From the IMG/VR virus record IMGVR_UViG_3300009078_000075, positions 18,518 to 82,517 of that record: 64,000 nucleotides of DNA. One strand, written 5' to 3'. Shown here one piece after another: positions 9,835-19,768 of the stretch (the stretch's first letter is position 1; every line of letters starts with the position of its first letter). The position numbers and the translations under genes are program-made. The notes beneath the pieces were generated by a model. That model searched no databases and had not been told where the DNA came from. It was given only the letters and a program-made list of their open reading frames with translations. This DNA is from a virus.

Positions 9835-11805
9835 ATGAAAATTGATGAAATTGTTCAATCGAATGAATATACAATTTCAGCATTATTAGCTCTTTACGGG
9901 TATCAAACACAAGATGAACAAACTTCAGAATACACAACATCATTAAATGGAGCAGGATTTAATAAAATTGATGCCCCTATTCTTTCCTCTATTTCACAAT
10001 TTTTTCTTAAAAATGGATTTTTAACCGAAAAACAATTATCCCTTGTAAAAAGATCAATTAAAAAATATCATACACAAATTGAAGCATTTGAATTAACTCC
10101 TGTAAAAACAAAAGAACCAAAAACAAAAGAACCAAAAACACAAGAAAATGGGGGGACCCCTTTTGAGGGAATTAAAAAGGCAAGACTCGAAAAAGATTTT
10201 ATTTATCTTAAATTTCATTTTGCAAAGGGAGATAAAAAATTCTTTGAAATTCTTACAAAAGTAAAAACATTAGCATGGAGACAATGGGACCCCGATACAA
10301 AAGAATGGAAAGTAAGGCGTTCCCTTGAAACATTAAAAAAATTACATGAGTGGGAATTTAAATTTGATGTTGAATTACAGAAATGGTATGAATCAGTTTT
10401 TAGCAATAACATTAATAAGGATCTTGACGTTCCCATTGATATGTCTCTTTACCCATTTCAAAAAGAAGGGGTAGCATTTATTGATCTTAAAAATGGAAGG
10501 GCATTAATCGGGGATGAAATGGGACTTGGGAAAACCTGTCAAGCAATCGGATGGACATCCCTTCATCCTGATAAAAAACCCGTACTTATCATATGTCCTT
10601 CCAATGTCAAATTAAATTGGAAAAGGGAAATCAAAAAGTGTCTTCCCCGGGCAAGGGTTGAATTGGTAGAAGGACGGGATTATAAGGGAGCAATGGACGG
10701 TGATTATGTTATTTGTAATTATGATATAGTGTCAAAAAATAAGGAAAAACTCATATCCACAAATTTTAAAGTATTGATACTTGATGAATGTCATTATATA
10801 AAAAACTATAAAGCAAAACGAACTGCAGTAATTACTGAAATCGGAAAGGCAATTGAACATGTTATTTGTTTATCAGGGACTCCGATTGTTAATCGTCCCA
10901 TTGAATTTTTTACAGCATTAAATTTACTACGTCCTGATTTATTCCCCTCATATTGGGAATATGTTAATAAATATTGTCCGGCAGATGGATGGACAAAGTG
11001 GCAAACAACAAAAGGTTCTGCAAATGAAATTGAACTTCATAATAATTTAATTCAAACCATGATGTTAAGACGATTAAAAAAAGATGTTTTAACACAGCTT
11101 CCGTTAAAGCAACGGCAAGTTATCCCTATGGAATGTGATTTGACAGAATACAATAAAGCGGAAGACGATTTAATTTCATGGATGAAAGAAAATGGATATG
11201 GTAAAGACAAAATTTTTTGTGCTATGAATGCTGAAATTATTACAAGGATTGAGTATTTAAAACAAATTGCAGTAAAGGCAAAATATGAATCAATTGTTGA
11301 TTGGATTAATAATTATTTAAGCTCAGGGAAAAAATTAGTTATTTTTTGTACTCATCATGCAACGATTGATTTTTTAATGGAAACATTTAAAGGAATTGCA
11401 GTAAAATTAGATGGGCGTGATAATATGGGAAAAAAACAAATTGCCATTGATCGATTTCAAAGTGATCAAGAAATTAGACTTTTTATAGGAAATATAAAAG
11501 CGGCAGGAGTGGGAATTGATGGTTTACAAAATGTAGCAGAGGACACATGTTTTATTGAGTTAGGATGGACCCCTGGTGATCATAATCAAGCAGAAGATCG
11601 AGTACATCGAATTGGACAAGAGGCAGATTCAGTGACAGCTTTTTATTTATTGACTGCTGGTACAATTGAAGAGGAAATTGCAGAATTAATTGATAAAAAA
11701 AGAAATGTATTAAATCAGATTTTAGACGGAAAAGTGCCCGATGAAACCGAATTGATAAGTATTTTATTAAATAACCTTTTAAATAAGGAGACAAAAAATG
11801 GATAA
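9835..11805 (+). CDS. SNF2-family (HARP/SMARCAL1-like) helicase
   Basis: LYPFQ, DEMGLGKT, DECH, LSGTP, MLRRLKKDV, QAEDRVHRIGQ. Confidence 0.93.
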   Translation: MKIDEIVQSNEYTISALLALYGYQTQDEQTSEYTTSLNGAGFNKIDAPILSSISQFFLKNGFLTEKQLSLVKRSIKKYHTQIEAFELTPVKTKEPKTKEPKTQENGGTPFEGIKKARLEKDFIYLKFHFAKGDKKFFEILTKVKTLAWRQWDPDTKEWKVRRSLETLKKLHEWEFKFDVELQKWYESVFSNNINKDLDVPIDMSLYPFQKEGVAFIDLKNGRALIGDEMGLGKTCQAIGWTSLHPDKKPVLIICPSNVKLNWKREIKKCLPRARVELVEGRDYKGAMDGDYVICNYDIVSKNKEKLISTNFKVLILDECHYIKNYKAKRTAVITEIGKAIEHVICLSGTPIVNRPIEFFTALNLLRPDLFPSYWEYVNKYCPADGWTKWQTTKGSANEIELHNNLIQTMMLRRLKKDVLTQLPLKQRQVIPMECDLTEYNKAEDDLISWMKENGYGKDKIFCAMNAEIITRIEYLKQIAVKAKYESIVDWINNYLSSGKKLVIFCTHHATIDFLMETFKGIAVKLDGRDNMGKKQIAIDRFQSDQEIRLFIGNIKAAGVGIDGLQNVAEDTCFIELGWTPGDHNQAEDRVHRIGQEADSVTAFYLLTAGTIEEEIAELIDKKRNVLNQILDGKVPDETELISILLNNLLNKETKNG

Positions 11806-12352
11806 GAAAATTGAATTTACAAAAGAAATGGAAAAGATTTGTTGTTACTGGGCTTGGAAATATACAACAAAAAGTCATATGTTATTTGACGAATTAAAAT
11901 CAGTTGCATTTTATACTTTTTGTGACGTTCGGAGAACATATTTAGAAAATCATTCACAGGCCCCATTTAAGGCGTATCTACAAAGGGCATTAGATATTAC
12001 CTTAAAAAGGGCCGTTTCAAATGATTTACGTTTTACTAATGTCTCATATGATTCAGTATTTAATGTTAAGGTTCCCTGTAAATATTATCCGCAGGATATT
12101 TCAGAATGTGATTTTTTACAACTGGATCAAATGGACAATGTTGATGAAATTCTTAGTAGGGAACAATTAATAGAAAACCTTTCATGTGAATCAAAGGAAA
12201 TGATTTACATTATAATAAAGAATCACGGAGATATTTTTTTAGGACGAAAAGAAACAAAACAAAGGGTTTTAAATTATTTTCTTTCCCTTAATTGGAAAAG
12301 AGGAAAAATAACCAAATGTTTTAATGAAATTAAATCAATTTTGTCATTATAG
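11798..12352 (+). CDS. Putative phage sigma-factor-like protein (sigma70 region 2-like)
   Basis: [11 protein letters not shown]...Y...APFKAYL...L resembles sigma region 2; no canonical region 4 evident. Confidence 0.5.
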   Translation: MDKKIEFTKEMEKICCYWAWKYTTKSHMLFDELKSVAFYTFCDVRRTYLENHSQAPFKAYLQRALDITLKRAVSNDLRFTNVSYDSVFNVKVPCKYYPQDISECDFLQLDQMDNVDEILSREQLIENLSCESKEMIYIIIKNHGDIFLGRKETKQRVLNYFLSLNWKRGKITKCFNEIKSILSL

Positions 12353-12366
12353 AAAGGAAAAAGCCA

Positions 12367-12906
12367 ATGATACAAATCAAAAGTAAAAATGGAAAAATAT
12401 TAAAAAAAGTAAATGTTGAAACATTACAGGGGGCCAATCTTGAGGGGGCCGATCTTCGGAGGGCCAATCTTGAGGGGGCCGATCTTCAAAAAACTGATCT
12501 TCGATGGGCCAATCTTCGGGAGGCCAATCTTTACGGGGCCGATCTTGAAGGGGCCAATCTTTACAGGGCTAATCTTCAGGGGGCCAATCTTGAGGGGGCC
12601 GATCTTCGGAGGGCCAATCTTGAGGGGGCCAATCTTCAGAGGGCCAATCTTTACAGGGCTAATCTTTACGGGGCCGATCTTGAAGGGGCTAATCTTTACA
12701 GGGCTAATGTTGATTTTTCTTGTTGGCCATTATCATGTGGTTCATTTAATATAACTGTTGATGAAAAAATTTTATATCAACTTTTATTTCATATTTATAA
12801 TTTAAAATGTGATAGTCCTATTTTTAAATTAATTAAAATTGCAATTAAACCTTTTGTTGAAAAATCACATTTAATTACTAAACATAATTGTAAAATTATA
12901 GATTAA
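12367..12906 (+). CDS. Pentapeptide repeat protein
   Basis: ~19 A(D/N)Lxx repeats. Confidence 0.92.
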   Translation: MIQIKSKNGKILKKVNVETLQGANLEGADLRRANLEGADLQKTDLRWANLREANLYGADLEGANLYRANLQGANLEGADLRRANLEGANLQRANLYRANLYGADLEGANLYRANVDFSCWPLSCGSFNITVDEKILYQLLFHIYNLKCDSPIFKLIKIAIKPFVEKSHLITKHNCKIID

Positions 12907-12929
12907 AAAAATTATAGAAAGGAAATAAC

Positions 12930-13598
12930 ATGTATCTCATCCATTTTATTGGAAAACAATATTATAGTATTGCACAATTTATAAAAGAAGCAAAACAATA
13001 TAGGATTTCAAGAAAAATTGCTCCCAATATGTTAAAAAAATTATCCTTTGGTGATATTATATTACTCGCTCAAGGGGATTCCAAAGGGTCCTTAATTTTT
13101 GGATTTTTCATATTTACTTCAATTTTTGGATTAAAACATGAATTATTTGAAAAACTTGAACAAGAAAAAATTATATCATTACAATCAAATAATCCTATTC
13201 CGGTAAATCGTGGATGCGGCAGTTATGTTATTACAGCAAGTTATGGGATAACAAATCAACAAAGGTTTTTTGAATTTATAAAAGAACAAAATGATGAAGA
13301 TTTAAAAGGCGTTTTAATTGGAGGAACTTTTTATGAATTATCTGATCTTCTCCCTGAAAAAGAAATTCATACAAATATTCCTTTTCAACAAGGATTTCGA
13401 TTTTTTGATTTTGAATCATTTAAAAAAGAATATTTAAAACAAAAAGAAAATAAAAAAAGAATTAGGATTATAGGAATGTTTTATACAAAAGAAATACATG
13501 GTAATATTTTTACAGATTCAGATCCAAAATTTTTTGAAATAAAGGACTATCAAAAAAATACTGAATCAAGAAAACGGGGACATAAAAAGAGGGGGTAG
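12930..13598 (+). CDS. Hypothetical protein (222 aa)
   Basis: Long ORF with AAGGA RBS; no recognised motif. Confidence 0.7.
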   Translation: MYLIHFIGKQYYSIAQFIKEAKQYRISRKIAPNMLKKLSFGDIILLAQGDSKGSLIFGFFIFTSIFGLKHELFEKLEQEKIISLQSNNPIPVNRGCGSYVITASYGITNQQRFFEFIKEQNDEDLKGVLIGGTFYELSDLLPEKEIHTNIPFQQGFRFFDFESFKKEYLKQKENKKRIRIIGMFYTKEIHGNIFTDSDPKFFEIKDYQKNTESRKRGHKKRG

Positions 13599-13691
13599 TT
13601 TTTATTCATTTTTCATTACACTTTATTATGTTTTCAAAGTAAAAGGGAAATATGATACAAGGATACGTTTTTTAACCTTAAAAATAAATTT

Positions 13692-14621
13692 ATGGGGATT
13701 GCCTTGGTTTTTGACGTAAAGAGATTTATACAGGATTACGATATAAATAACTACCCAGAGGGGAAGAATGTAGGGAAGGGATGGATTGGAATTGAATGTC
13801 CTTTTTGTAAGGATGGAACAGTTCATGGGGGATTTAATATCAAAGAGGGTTATTTCAGTTGTTGGAAATGTGGGGGACATAATTTATATGAATCAATAAA
13901 AGCTCTTACCGAATTAAATCATTCAGATATAATAGATATCCTTAAAAATTATAAAATAGGGGATAATGATACTGATATAAAAATTGAACCATCAAATGAA
14001 GTAAAAAATGAATTTGTTATTATTCCCGGAAATCCTTTGTATGGCCCCTATATTCAGTATCTTATAAATAGAAATTTTGATCCCGTAAAATTAGAAAAAC
14101 AATATGCATTAAAAGCGACCGGGCCAATTGGAGATTATAAATTTCGTATTGTGGCCCCTATTGTATTTAGAGGAAAAGAGGTATCATATCAAGCTCGAAG
14201 CATTATAAATCATGAAAATGTTGCTAAATACCTTCCCTGTCCAAAAGAAAAAGAAGTGATTCATTATAAAAAAATCCTGTACAATCTTGATAATTGTAAT
14301 GGGGACAACATTATTGTAGTAGAAGGGATTACCAGTGTATGGCGGCTTGGTAATCATTCTGCTGCCACTTTTGGCATTCAATACACAACCAAGCAAGCTT
14401 ATTTATTAAGTAAATTTAAAAAAATTTTTTTGGTATTTGACAATGATCCGGAAAGAATTTCGCAGTCTACAATTCAAGCAAAAAAATTAATTTCCTGTGT
14501 ACATCAATTTACTGATCATTCTGAAATTTTTTTGATCAATTTTACTGGGAAAAAGGACCCGGGTGAATTTACTGATCAAGAAGCAGCAGAATTTAAGAAC
14601 GATCTTTTTAAAAATTCCTAA
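13692..14621 (+). CDS. DNA primase (Zn finger + TOPRIM)
   Basis: CPFC...CWKC; VVEG; FDND; KDPG. Confidence 0.88.
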   Translation: MGIALVFDVKRFIQDYDINNYPEGKNVGKGWIGIECPFCKDGTVHGGFNIKEGYFSCWKCGGHNLYESIKALTELNHSDIIDILKNYKIGDNDTDIKIEPSNEVKNEFVIIPGNPLYGPYIQYLINRNFDPVKLEKQYALKATGPIGDYKFRIVAPIVFRGKEVSYQARSIINHENVAKYLPCPKEKEVIHYKKILYNLDNCNGDNIIVVEGITSVWRLGNHSAATFGIQYTTKQAYLLSKFKKIFLVFDNDPERISQSTIQAKKLISCVHQFTDHSEIFLINFTGKKDPGEFTDQEAAEFKNDLFKNS

Positions 14622-15330
14622 TTATAATAAAATATAAAAAATCTTTATCTTTTTATATCTTGCTAAACAATAAGCTAACAATAAGCTAACAATAAGCCAG
14701 CAAATTGTTTTTTCCCTTGTTTTTTAAATTTTAGCATTTTTTTAATCAATTTGACAGGAAAAGACGATTATGAATCAAAATACAAAAATAAGCAAATTTT
14801 AATGATTTTTATATTTTTCATATAGTTAAGGATAAAATTATAATAAATAAAATAAAATTTATTATACTTTATAAATAATAGGGCAAAAGTTATAAGTACA
14901 TAGGATTTCAATAGTTTACAAAAAATTTTAATATATTAGAAATCAATAATATAGATATATTATAAAAATTTCAATGGATTTATTTTTTACTAAAGTTGAA
15001 TAAAAATGAATAAAATTTTACCCGTTTTGGATTTTTTCAATCGATTTTTTAACAAAATTAAAATGTTTAACTATTACAATAAGTTAACCTTGAATAAAGA
15101 CAAGCAAAGTAAACATATCGGGATCACACAAAAACAATATGCTTCCGTATCCCCGTAGGGGATACGGAGCTTATTGTTTGTGTATCCCATACTCGGAATG
15201 TATTTTTACAGAATATAAAAAAATGAGATTTTTTATATTCCATTGAATTGAAGAATATTTCTTTTGTAAAATATAAAAAAATAAAGATTTTTATAAAATA
15301 TTAAAAATAAAAAAATTTAACTGAAAATAC
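14622..15330. other. Probable replication origin
   Basis: Non-coding, very AT-rich, between primase and helicase; 11-bp direct repeats GCTAACAATAA at 14662-14703; palindrome at 15120-15188. Confidence 0.6.
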
Positions 15331-15341
15331 ATAATAATATC

Positions 15342-15499
15342 ATGAGGGCAAAGGGGAACCATAAAAGGGAAGAAACCCAATCCGTTCAAGCCTCACCTTT
15401 GCCCTTATAAATTTTGATGGACGTTACATAATAATAACAGGGCAAAGGGGAACCAAAAAGAAAAAGAAACCCATATGAATAAAGCCTCCTCTTTGCCCT
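15342..15499 (+). ncRNA. Two tandem ~60-65 nt stem-closed elements, candidate small RNAs
   Basis: AGGGCAAAG...CTTTGCCCT closing stems at 15345-15405 and 15439-15499, each preceded by (A/T)TACATAATA. Confidence 0.45.
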
Positions 15500-15638
15500 A
15501 TATTTTTAAAAAAGGAATATATGAAAGAAAAAAAAGAAAGTATTAAAAAAGTAAATGAAAGAAAAACACTCTTTGAAAAATCTGAAAAAATGAAAAAATG
15601 CATCCAGTCTATAAATGAAATTTTAAGAAAGGGTACAA

Positions 15639-17198
15639 ATGCCAAGTAACCCGATCACATGGACAAAACAAAGAATTAATGTAAACATAGAAAAACTTAT
15701 TCTCACGGGTATCATCGTATCCGACGAATTTACAAAAGAAATATTCAAAATAATAAATCGTGATAACTTAAAGATATTCAATTTGCCTTATTTTAAGCTA
15801 ATTGTGCCCTGGTGCATGGAGTATTATAATAAGTTCCATAAATGTCCCGGGAGAACAATACAAGATTTATTTATTGAAAATTTTCGATCCCTAAGTGATG
15901 AAGATTCCGTTTTTATAAAAGAATTTTTGTCAAACCTTTCCGATCAATACGATTCCGAAGCAAATTCTTTTGATGTTAATTATGTACTTGAAAAAGCAAA
16001 AAAATATATAAAACTTCAGTCTTATTCATTTTATGGAGAAAAAATATATAAGACTTCATTATCAGGGAATGTAGATGAATGTGATTTGATACGTGAAGAT
16101 TTTAATAAAATGACAATAACAGGTTCCGGAAGTGGAGATATATTAGATAAGTTTGCTAAATCGATTGGTGATTTTCTTCAGATGGATATTGAAACAAATC
16201 GGTTTTTTCTTAAACCTTTTTTATATCGGGGTGCCCTCATATTAGTACATGGAAAAAGAGGTGCTGGAAAATCATTTTTTAGTCAATCGATTGCTTTAAG
16301 TATTTCAACCGAATTGAAAAATAACAAGGATATTGATTTTGGATCATGGGAAGTATGGAATAAGGCAAAAGTGTTATATGTTAATGGGGATGATCCACCG
16401 GGGGAAATTTTGTATAGGTTAAAAAAACTTACTCATCGATTTGATTTGACACATGAAAAGAATGCTCTTTTTGAAATTTTGTCGGTTTTACAATTAAACC
16501 AAGAAACACAGACCACTTTTAATTTATATCATAGACCGGATCGTGAAATACTTACTGATTATGTTAGAAAAAATCATGTTGATGTTTTGATTCTTGACAA
16601 CTTGAGTACATTATCTTATGGGGCAGATGATAAAGAGGCAACAAGTTGGGCCCCGGTAAATTTGTGGTTAGTGCAGTTACGGCAATTTGGTATTTCCGTT
16701 ATCGTAATTGATCATGAGGGAAAGGACTCGAGTAAGGGGGCACGGGGAACATCGGCAAAATCTGATAGCATGGATGCTGTAATAAGTGTTTCAGCAATGA
16801 ATAATGAAGATGATGAGAATCAAAGCGATTGTTTTTGTGAGATTCGTTTTCAAAAAAGACCAAGAACACAAATTGAAAAAGTTGATTTAAGTCCTTTTCT
16901 TTTTAATATGAAACGGATTGATGAAGAGGAAAATTTAGTGTGGGAAGTACAAAAAAATAAAAGAATCCCAATTGAAAAAAAGGATTCTGTATCAAATATA
17001 ACCATAAAAACCATGGTTCTTGAAGGGTATAATAATAAAGATATTATAAAGGAATGTAATTTAAAAGGGGACTGGGCAATTCAGAATGTAAAAAAAGATT
17101 TAAAAAACAGAGGATACATTGAAGATAATCGATATGGTAAAATTACTGAATCAGGGAAAGAATACCTTGAAAAATTAAAGAAATCAGGGATGGAATGA
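15639..17198 (+). CDS. Replicative helicase (RecA-fold, AAA_25/RepA-like)
   Basis: GKRGAGKS, LILDNLS, DHEGK...ARGTS. Confidence 0.82.
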   Translation: MPSNPITWTKQRINVNIEKLILTGIIVSDEFTKEIFKIINRDNLKIFNLPYFKLIVPWCMEYYNKFHKCPGRTIQDLFIENFRSLSDEDSVFIKEFLSNLSDQYDSEANSFDVNYVLEKAKKYIKLQSYSFYGEKIYKTSLSGNVDECDLIREDFNKMTITGSGSGDILDKFAKSIGDFLQMDIETNRFFLKPFLYRGALILVHGKRGAGKSFFSQSIALSISTELKNNKDIDFGSWEVWNKAKVLYVNGDDPPGEILYRLKKLTHRFDLTHEKNALFEILSVLQLNQETQTTFNLYHRPDREILTDYVRKNHVDVLILDNLSTLSYGADDKEATSWAPVNLWLVQLRQFGISVIVIDHEGKDSSKGARGTSAKSDSMDAVISVSAMNNEDDENQSDCFCEIRFQKRPRTQIEKVDLSPFLFNMKRIDEEENLVWEVQKNKRIPIEKKDSVSNITIKTMVLEGYNNKDIIKECNLKGDWAIQNVKKDLKNRGYIEDNRYGKITESGKEYLEKLKKSGME

Positions 17199-17468
17199 AA
17201 ATTTATACTGTTATAAGTGGGAAAAATGATTTGGATGCTCTTGTTCCCTTTGATGAGACACAGGATCAAGAGGTTTATATTTTAGTGAGTTTTCTTAATT
17301 TTACTGGAGGAAAAAAAATGGTAAAAGAATTGCATGATCATTATAATAAATTGTTGAAACAAATTACAGAGGAAAAATAAAATGTGCCCTTATTGTAGTG
17401 TTTTTTTATTGTTCGGATTTATTTTAGGATTACTTGTTTATCATCTTTTTTTTTAAGGAGAAATAAAT

Positions 17469-18407
17469 ATGATTTGTAAAGAATGTGGAATTAATTTTTC
17501 TATAATAACCCATACTCATTTAAAAAAACATAATCTTACAATAAATGAATATAAAAATAAATATAATATAGTTTCTTTGGTTGATCCATGTTTTGGACAA
17601 AAAATGAGTATGAAGTTAAAGGGGAAAATTAATATAGGAGAAAAAAATGCAAGTAAACGAAAAGAAGTAAGATCAAAAATTTCTGAATCTGTTAAAAATA
17701 GATGGGAAGAAGGAAAGTATAAAAATCGTATAAATGGGATGTTAGGAAAACTCGGAGAATTGTCTCCTAATTTTAAGATTGAAAAAAGAACTCCTTTGTT
17801 TTTGGCAGAACACAATTATGTAAAATTTTTGTCTCAATTTCAAGATACACATGTTTGTAGTTTGTGTAAAAGTTCCGATAAAAAAATTAATATACATCAT
17901 ATTGATGAAGATCATTCTAATTTTCTTCCTTCTAATTTAGAACCTTTATGTGTTCCGTGTCATTCTCAATATCATTATAAATTTGCAAAGGGACCTTTTA
18001 TGAGAATTGGTAAATTTTTTTCTTTTGCTGGTGCTCATTTTTTACCTGATTATGATGGTATTTGTAATCATCTTCATGGGCATGAATGGAAATTAGAAGT
18101 GTTTGTAAAAAAAAGAGTTAATTATAAGACTGGAATGGTTTTAGATTTTACTATTTTAAAAAAAATAGTAGATAATTTTATTATTTCAAAATTAGATCAT
18201 TGTTTTTTAAATGATATTATATCTAATCCAACTGCGGAAAATATATTAATTTGGATATGGGAAAAATTAATGTTTGATGGTTTATTAAAAGGAATAGATG
18301 AAATAAATTTATGGGAAACAGAAAAAAGTAAAATTTCTCTCAGTAGTAAAGAAATGCTATCTATTTTTTCAAATAATATTGAAGAATATATTTTGGGGGA
18401 AATATGA
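17469..18407 (+). CDS. queD: HNH endonuclease fused in frame to 6-carboxytetrahydropterin synthase QueD
   Basis: CSLC...HHIDEDHSN...NLEPLCVPCH, then FAGAHFL, CNHLHGH, DF..LK, LDH..LN, PTAENI, LWET. Confidence 0.88.
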   Translation: MICKECGINFSIITHTHLKKHNLTINEYKNKYNIVSLVDPCFGQKMSMKLKGKINIGEKNASKRKEVRSKISESVKNRWEEGKYKNRINGMLGKLGELSPNFKIEKRTPLFLAEHNYVKFLSQFQDTHVCSLCKSSDKKINIHHIDEDHSNFLPSNLEPLCVPCHSQYHYKFAKGPFMRIGKFFSFAGAHFLPDYDGICNHLHGHEWKLEVFVKKRVNYKTGMVLDFTILKKIVDNFIISKLDHCFLNDIISNPTAENILIWIWEKLMFDGLLKGIDEINLWETEKSKISLSSKEMLSIFSNNIEEYILGEI

Positions 18408-19075
18408 TGATAAAAGTAAATGAAATATTTTTATCAATTGATGGTGAAGTAAATGCCTTTGGTCAGGGGGGATTTTCTACATTTATTCGTTTTTCTGGTT
18501 GTAATTGTAAATGTAATTATTGTGATACTCAGTATCATAATACTGGTACTTATTATTCAATTGCACAAATTATGGATAAAGTAAGGGAAATCGGATGTAA
18601 TAAAATAACAATCACAGGGGGGGAACCTTTGCTTCAATCAGAAAGTATACCCTTGATTGAAGCATTAGTATTTAGTCATCATAGTGTTTCCGTTGAAACA
18701 AATGGATCAATTGAAGTTCCTTTTATAATGGGATCATTTTATTTGTCATTTGTGGTGGATTATAAATTACCATCATCCGGAATGATGGATCGAATGAAAC
18801 CGATAAAAATGTTTCAAAAATTAGGACCCCTTGATTTTGTAAAATTTGTTATTCAAAATGATGAAGACTTTTTATGTGCTTGCCGTATTGCAAAAGAGGT
18901 GAGAAGTGTAAATTATGGGACATCAATTGCTTTTAGTCCTGTATTTTTAAAACAAGATGATGGTCGTTTTATTCAATCGTATCCCTTATATGATAAAATG
19001 ATTGAAGCAAAACTATTTGAAATTCCAAAAATGTTTCTTAATTATCAAATTCATAAAATAATAGGATTAAAGTAA
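18404..19075 (+). CDS. queE: 7-carboxy-7-deazaguanine synthase (radical SAM)
   Basis: EIFLSIDGE, FIRFSGCNCKCNYCDT, TGGEP, ETNG, QIHK. Confidence 0.93.
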   Translation: MMIKVNEIFLSIDGEVNAFGQGGFSTFIRFSGCNCKCNYCDTQYHNTGTYYSIAQIMDKVREIGCNKITITGGEPLLQSESIPLIEALVFSHHSVSVETNGSIEVPFIMGSFYLSFVVDYKLPSSGMMDRMKPIKMFQKLGPLDFVKFVIQNDEDFLCACRIAKEVRSVNYGTSIAFSPVFLKQDDGRFIQSYPLYDKMIEAKLFEIPKMFLNYQIHKIIGLK

Positions 19076-19087
19076 AGGAGAAAAATC

Positions 19088-19768
19088 ATGAAATTAGATA
19101 ATGATAATTGTCTTGTTCTTTTATCTGGGGGACAAGATTCTACTACTTGTCTTTTTTGGGCATTAAATAATTTTAATGAAGTAAATGCTCTGTTTATTAA
19201 TTATAAACAAAGGCATCGAATAGAAGAGGAATCAGCTTTTAAAATTGCAAATCTTGCTGGTGTTCCCATTGGATTGATATGTACTGATATTATAGCAGAT
19301 ATTGGGGATTCTGCCCTTGTTATGACGGGAGATATTTTAAGTAAACATAGATCCGGGGATTTACCGGCTTCTTTTGTACCAGGAAGAAATATTTTATTTT
19401 TGACAATAGCTGCTATGTATGCTTATAAATTAGGAATACATAATATTGTGGCAGGGGTTTGTGAAACTGATTATTCAGGATATCCCGATTGTAGACAAAA
19501 AACGATTGATTCTGTTCAAAATACCCTTAATTTGGGAATGGAATATGATTTTGTTATACATACCCCTTTGATGTATAAAACTAAATGTGAAACTGTTATA
19601 ATGGCTTCTTTATTGTCCGGGTGTTGGGATGCCCTTGCATGGAGTCATACATGTTATGAGGGAAAAATTCCACCTTGTGGTAAATGCCCTTCATGTGTGT
19701 TGAGGGCACGTGGATTTGAAGAAGCCGGATATGAAGATCCTTTAATAAAAAGACTGGGGATTAAGTAA
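19088..19768 (+). CDS. queC: 7-cyano-7-deazaguanine synthase
   Basis: SGGQDSTT, VPGRN, GYPDCR, TCY...CGKCPSC..R. Confidence 0.96.
   Translation: MKLDNDNCLVLLSGGQDSTTCLFWALNNFNEVNALFINYKQRHRIEEESAFKIANLAGVPIGLICTDIIADIGDSALVMTGDILSKHRSGDLPASFVPGRNILFLTIAAMYAYKLGIHNIVAGVCETDYSGYPDCRQKTIDSVQNTLNLGMEYDFVIHTPLMYKTKCETVIMASLLSGCWDALAWSHTCYEGKIPPCGKCPSCVLRARGFEEAGYEDPLIKRLGIK

Noticed and set aside
12413-12754. GPIL/GPIF-repeat ORFs (also 63797..63988)
   Set aside because: Alternate-frame shadows of pentapeptide repeat genes
12930-13598. Candidate DpdA/TGT
   Set aside because: No DSG-type or TIM-barrel TGT motifs recognisable
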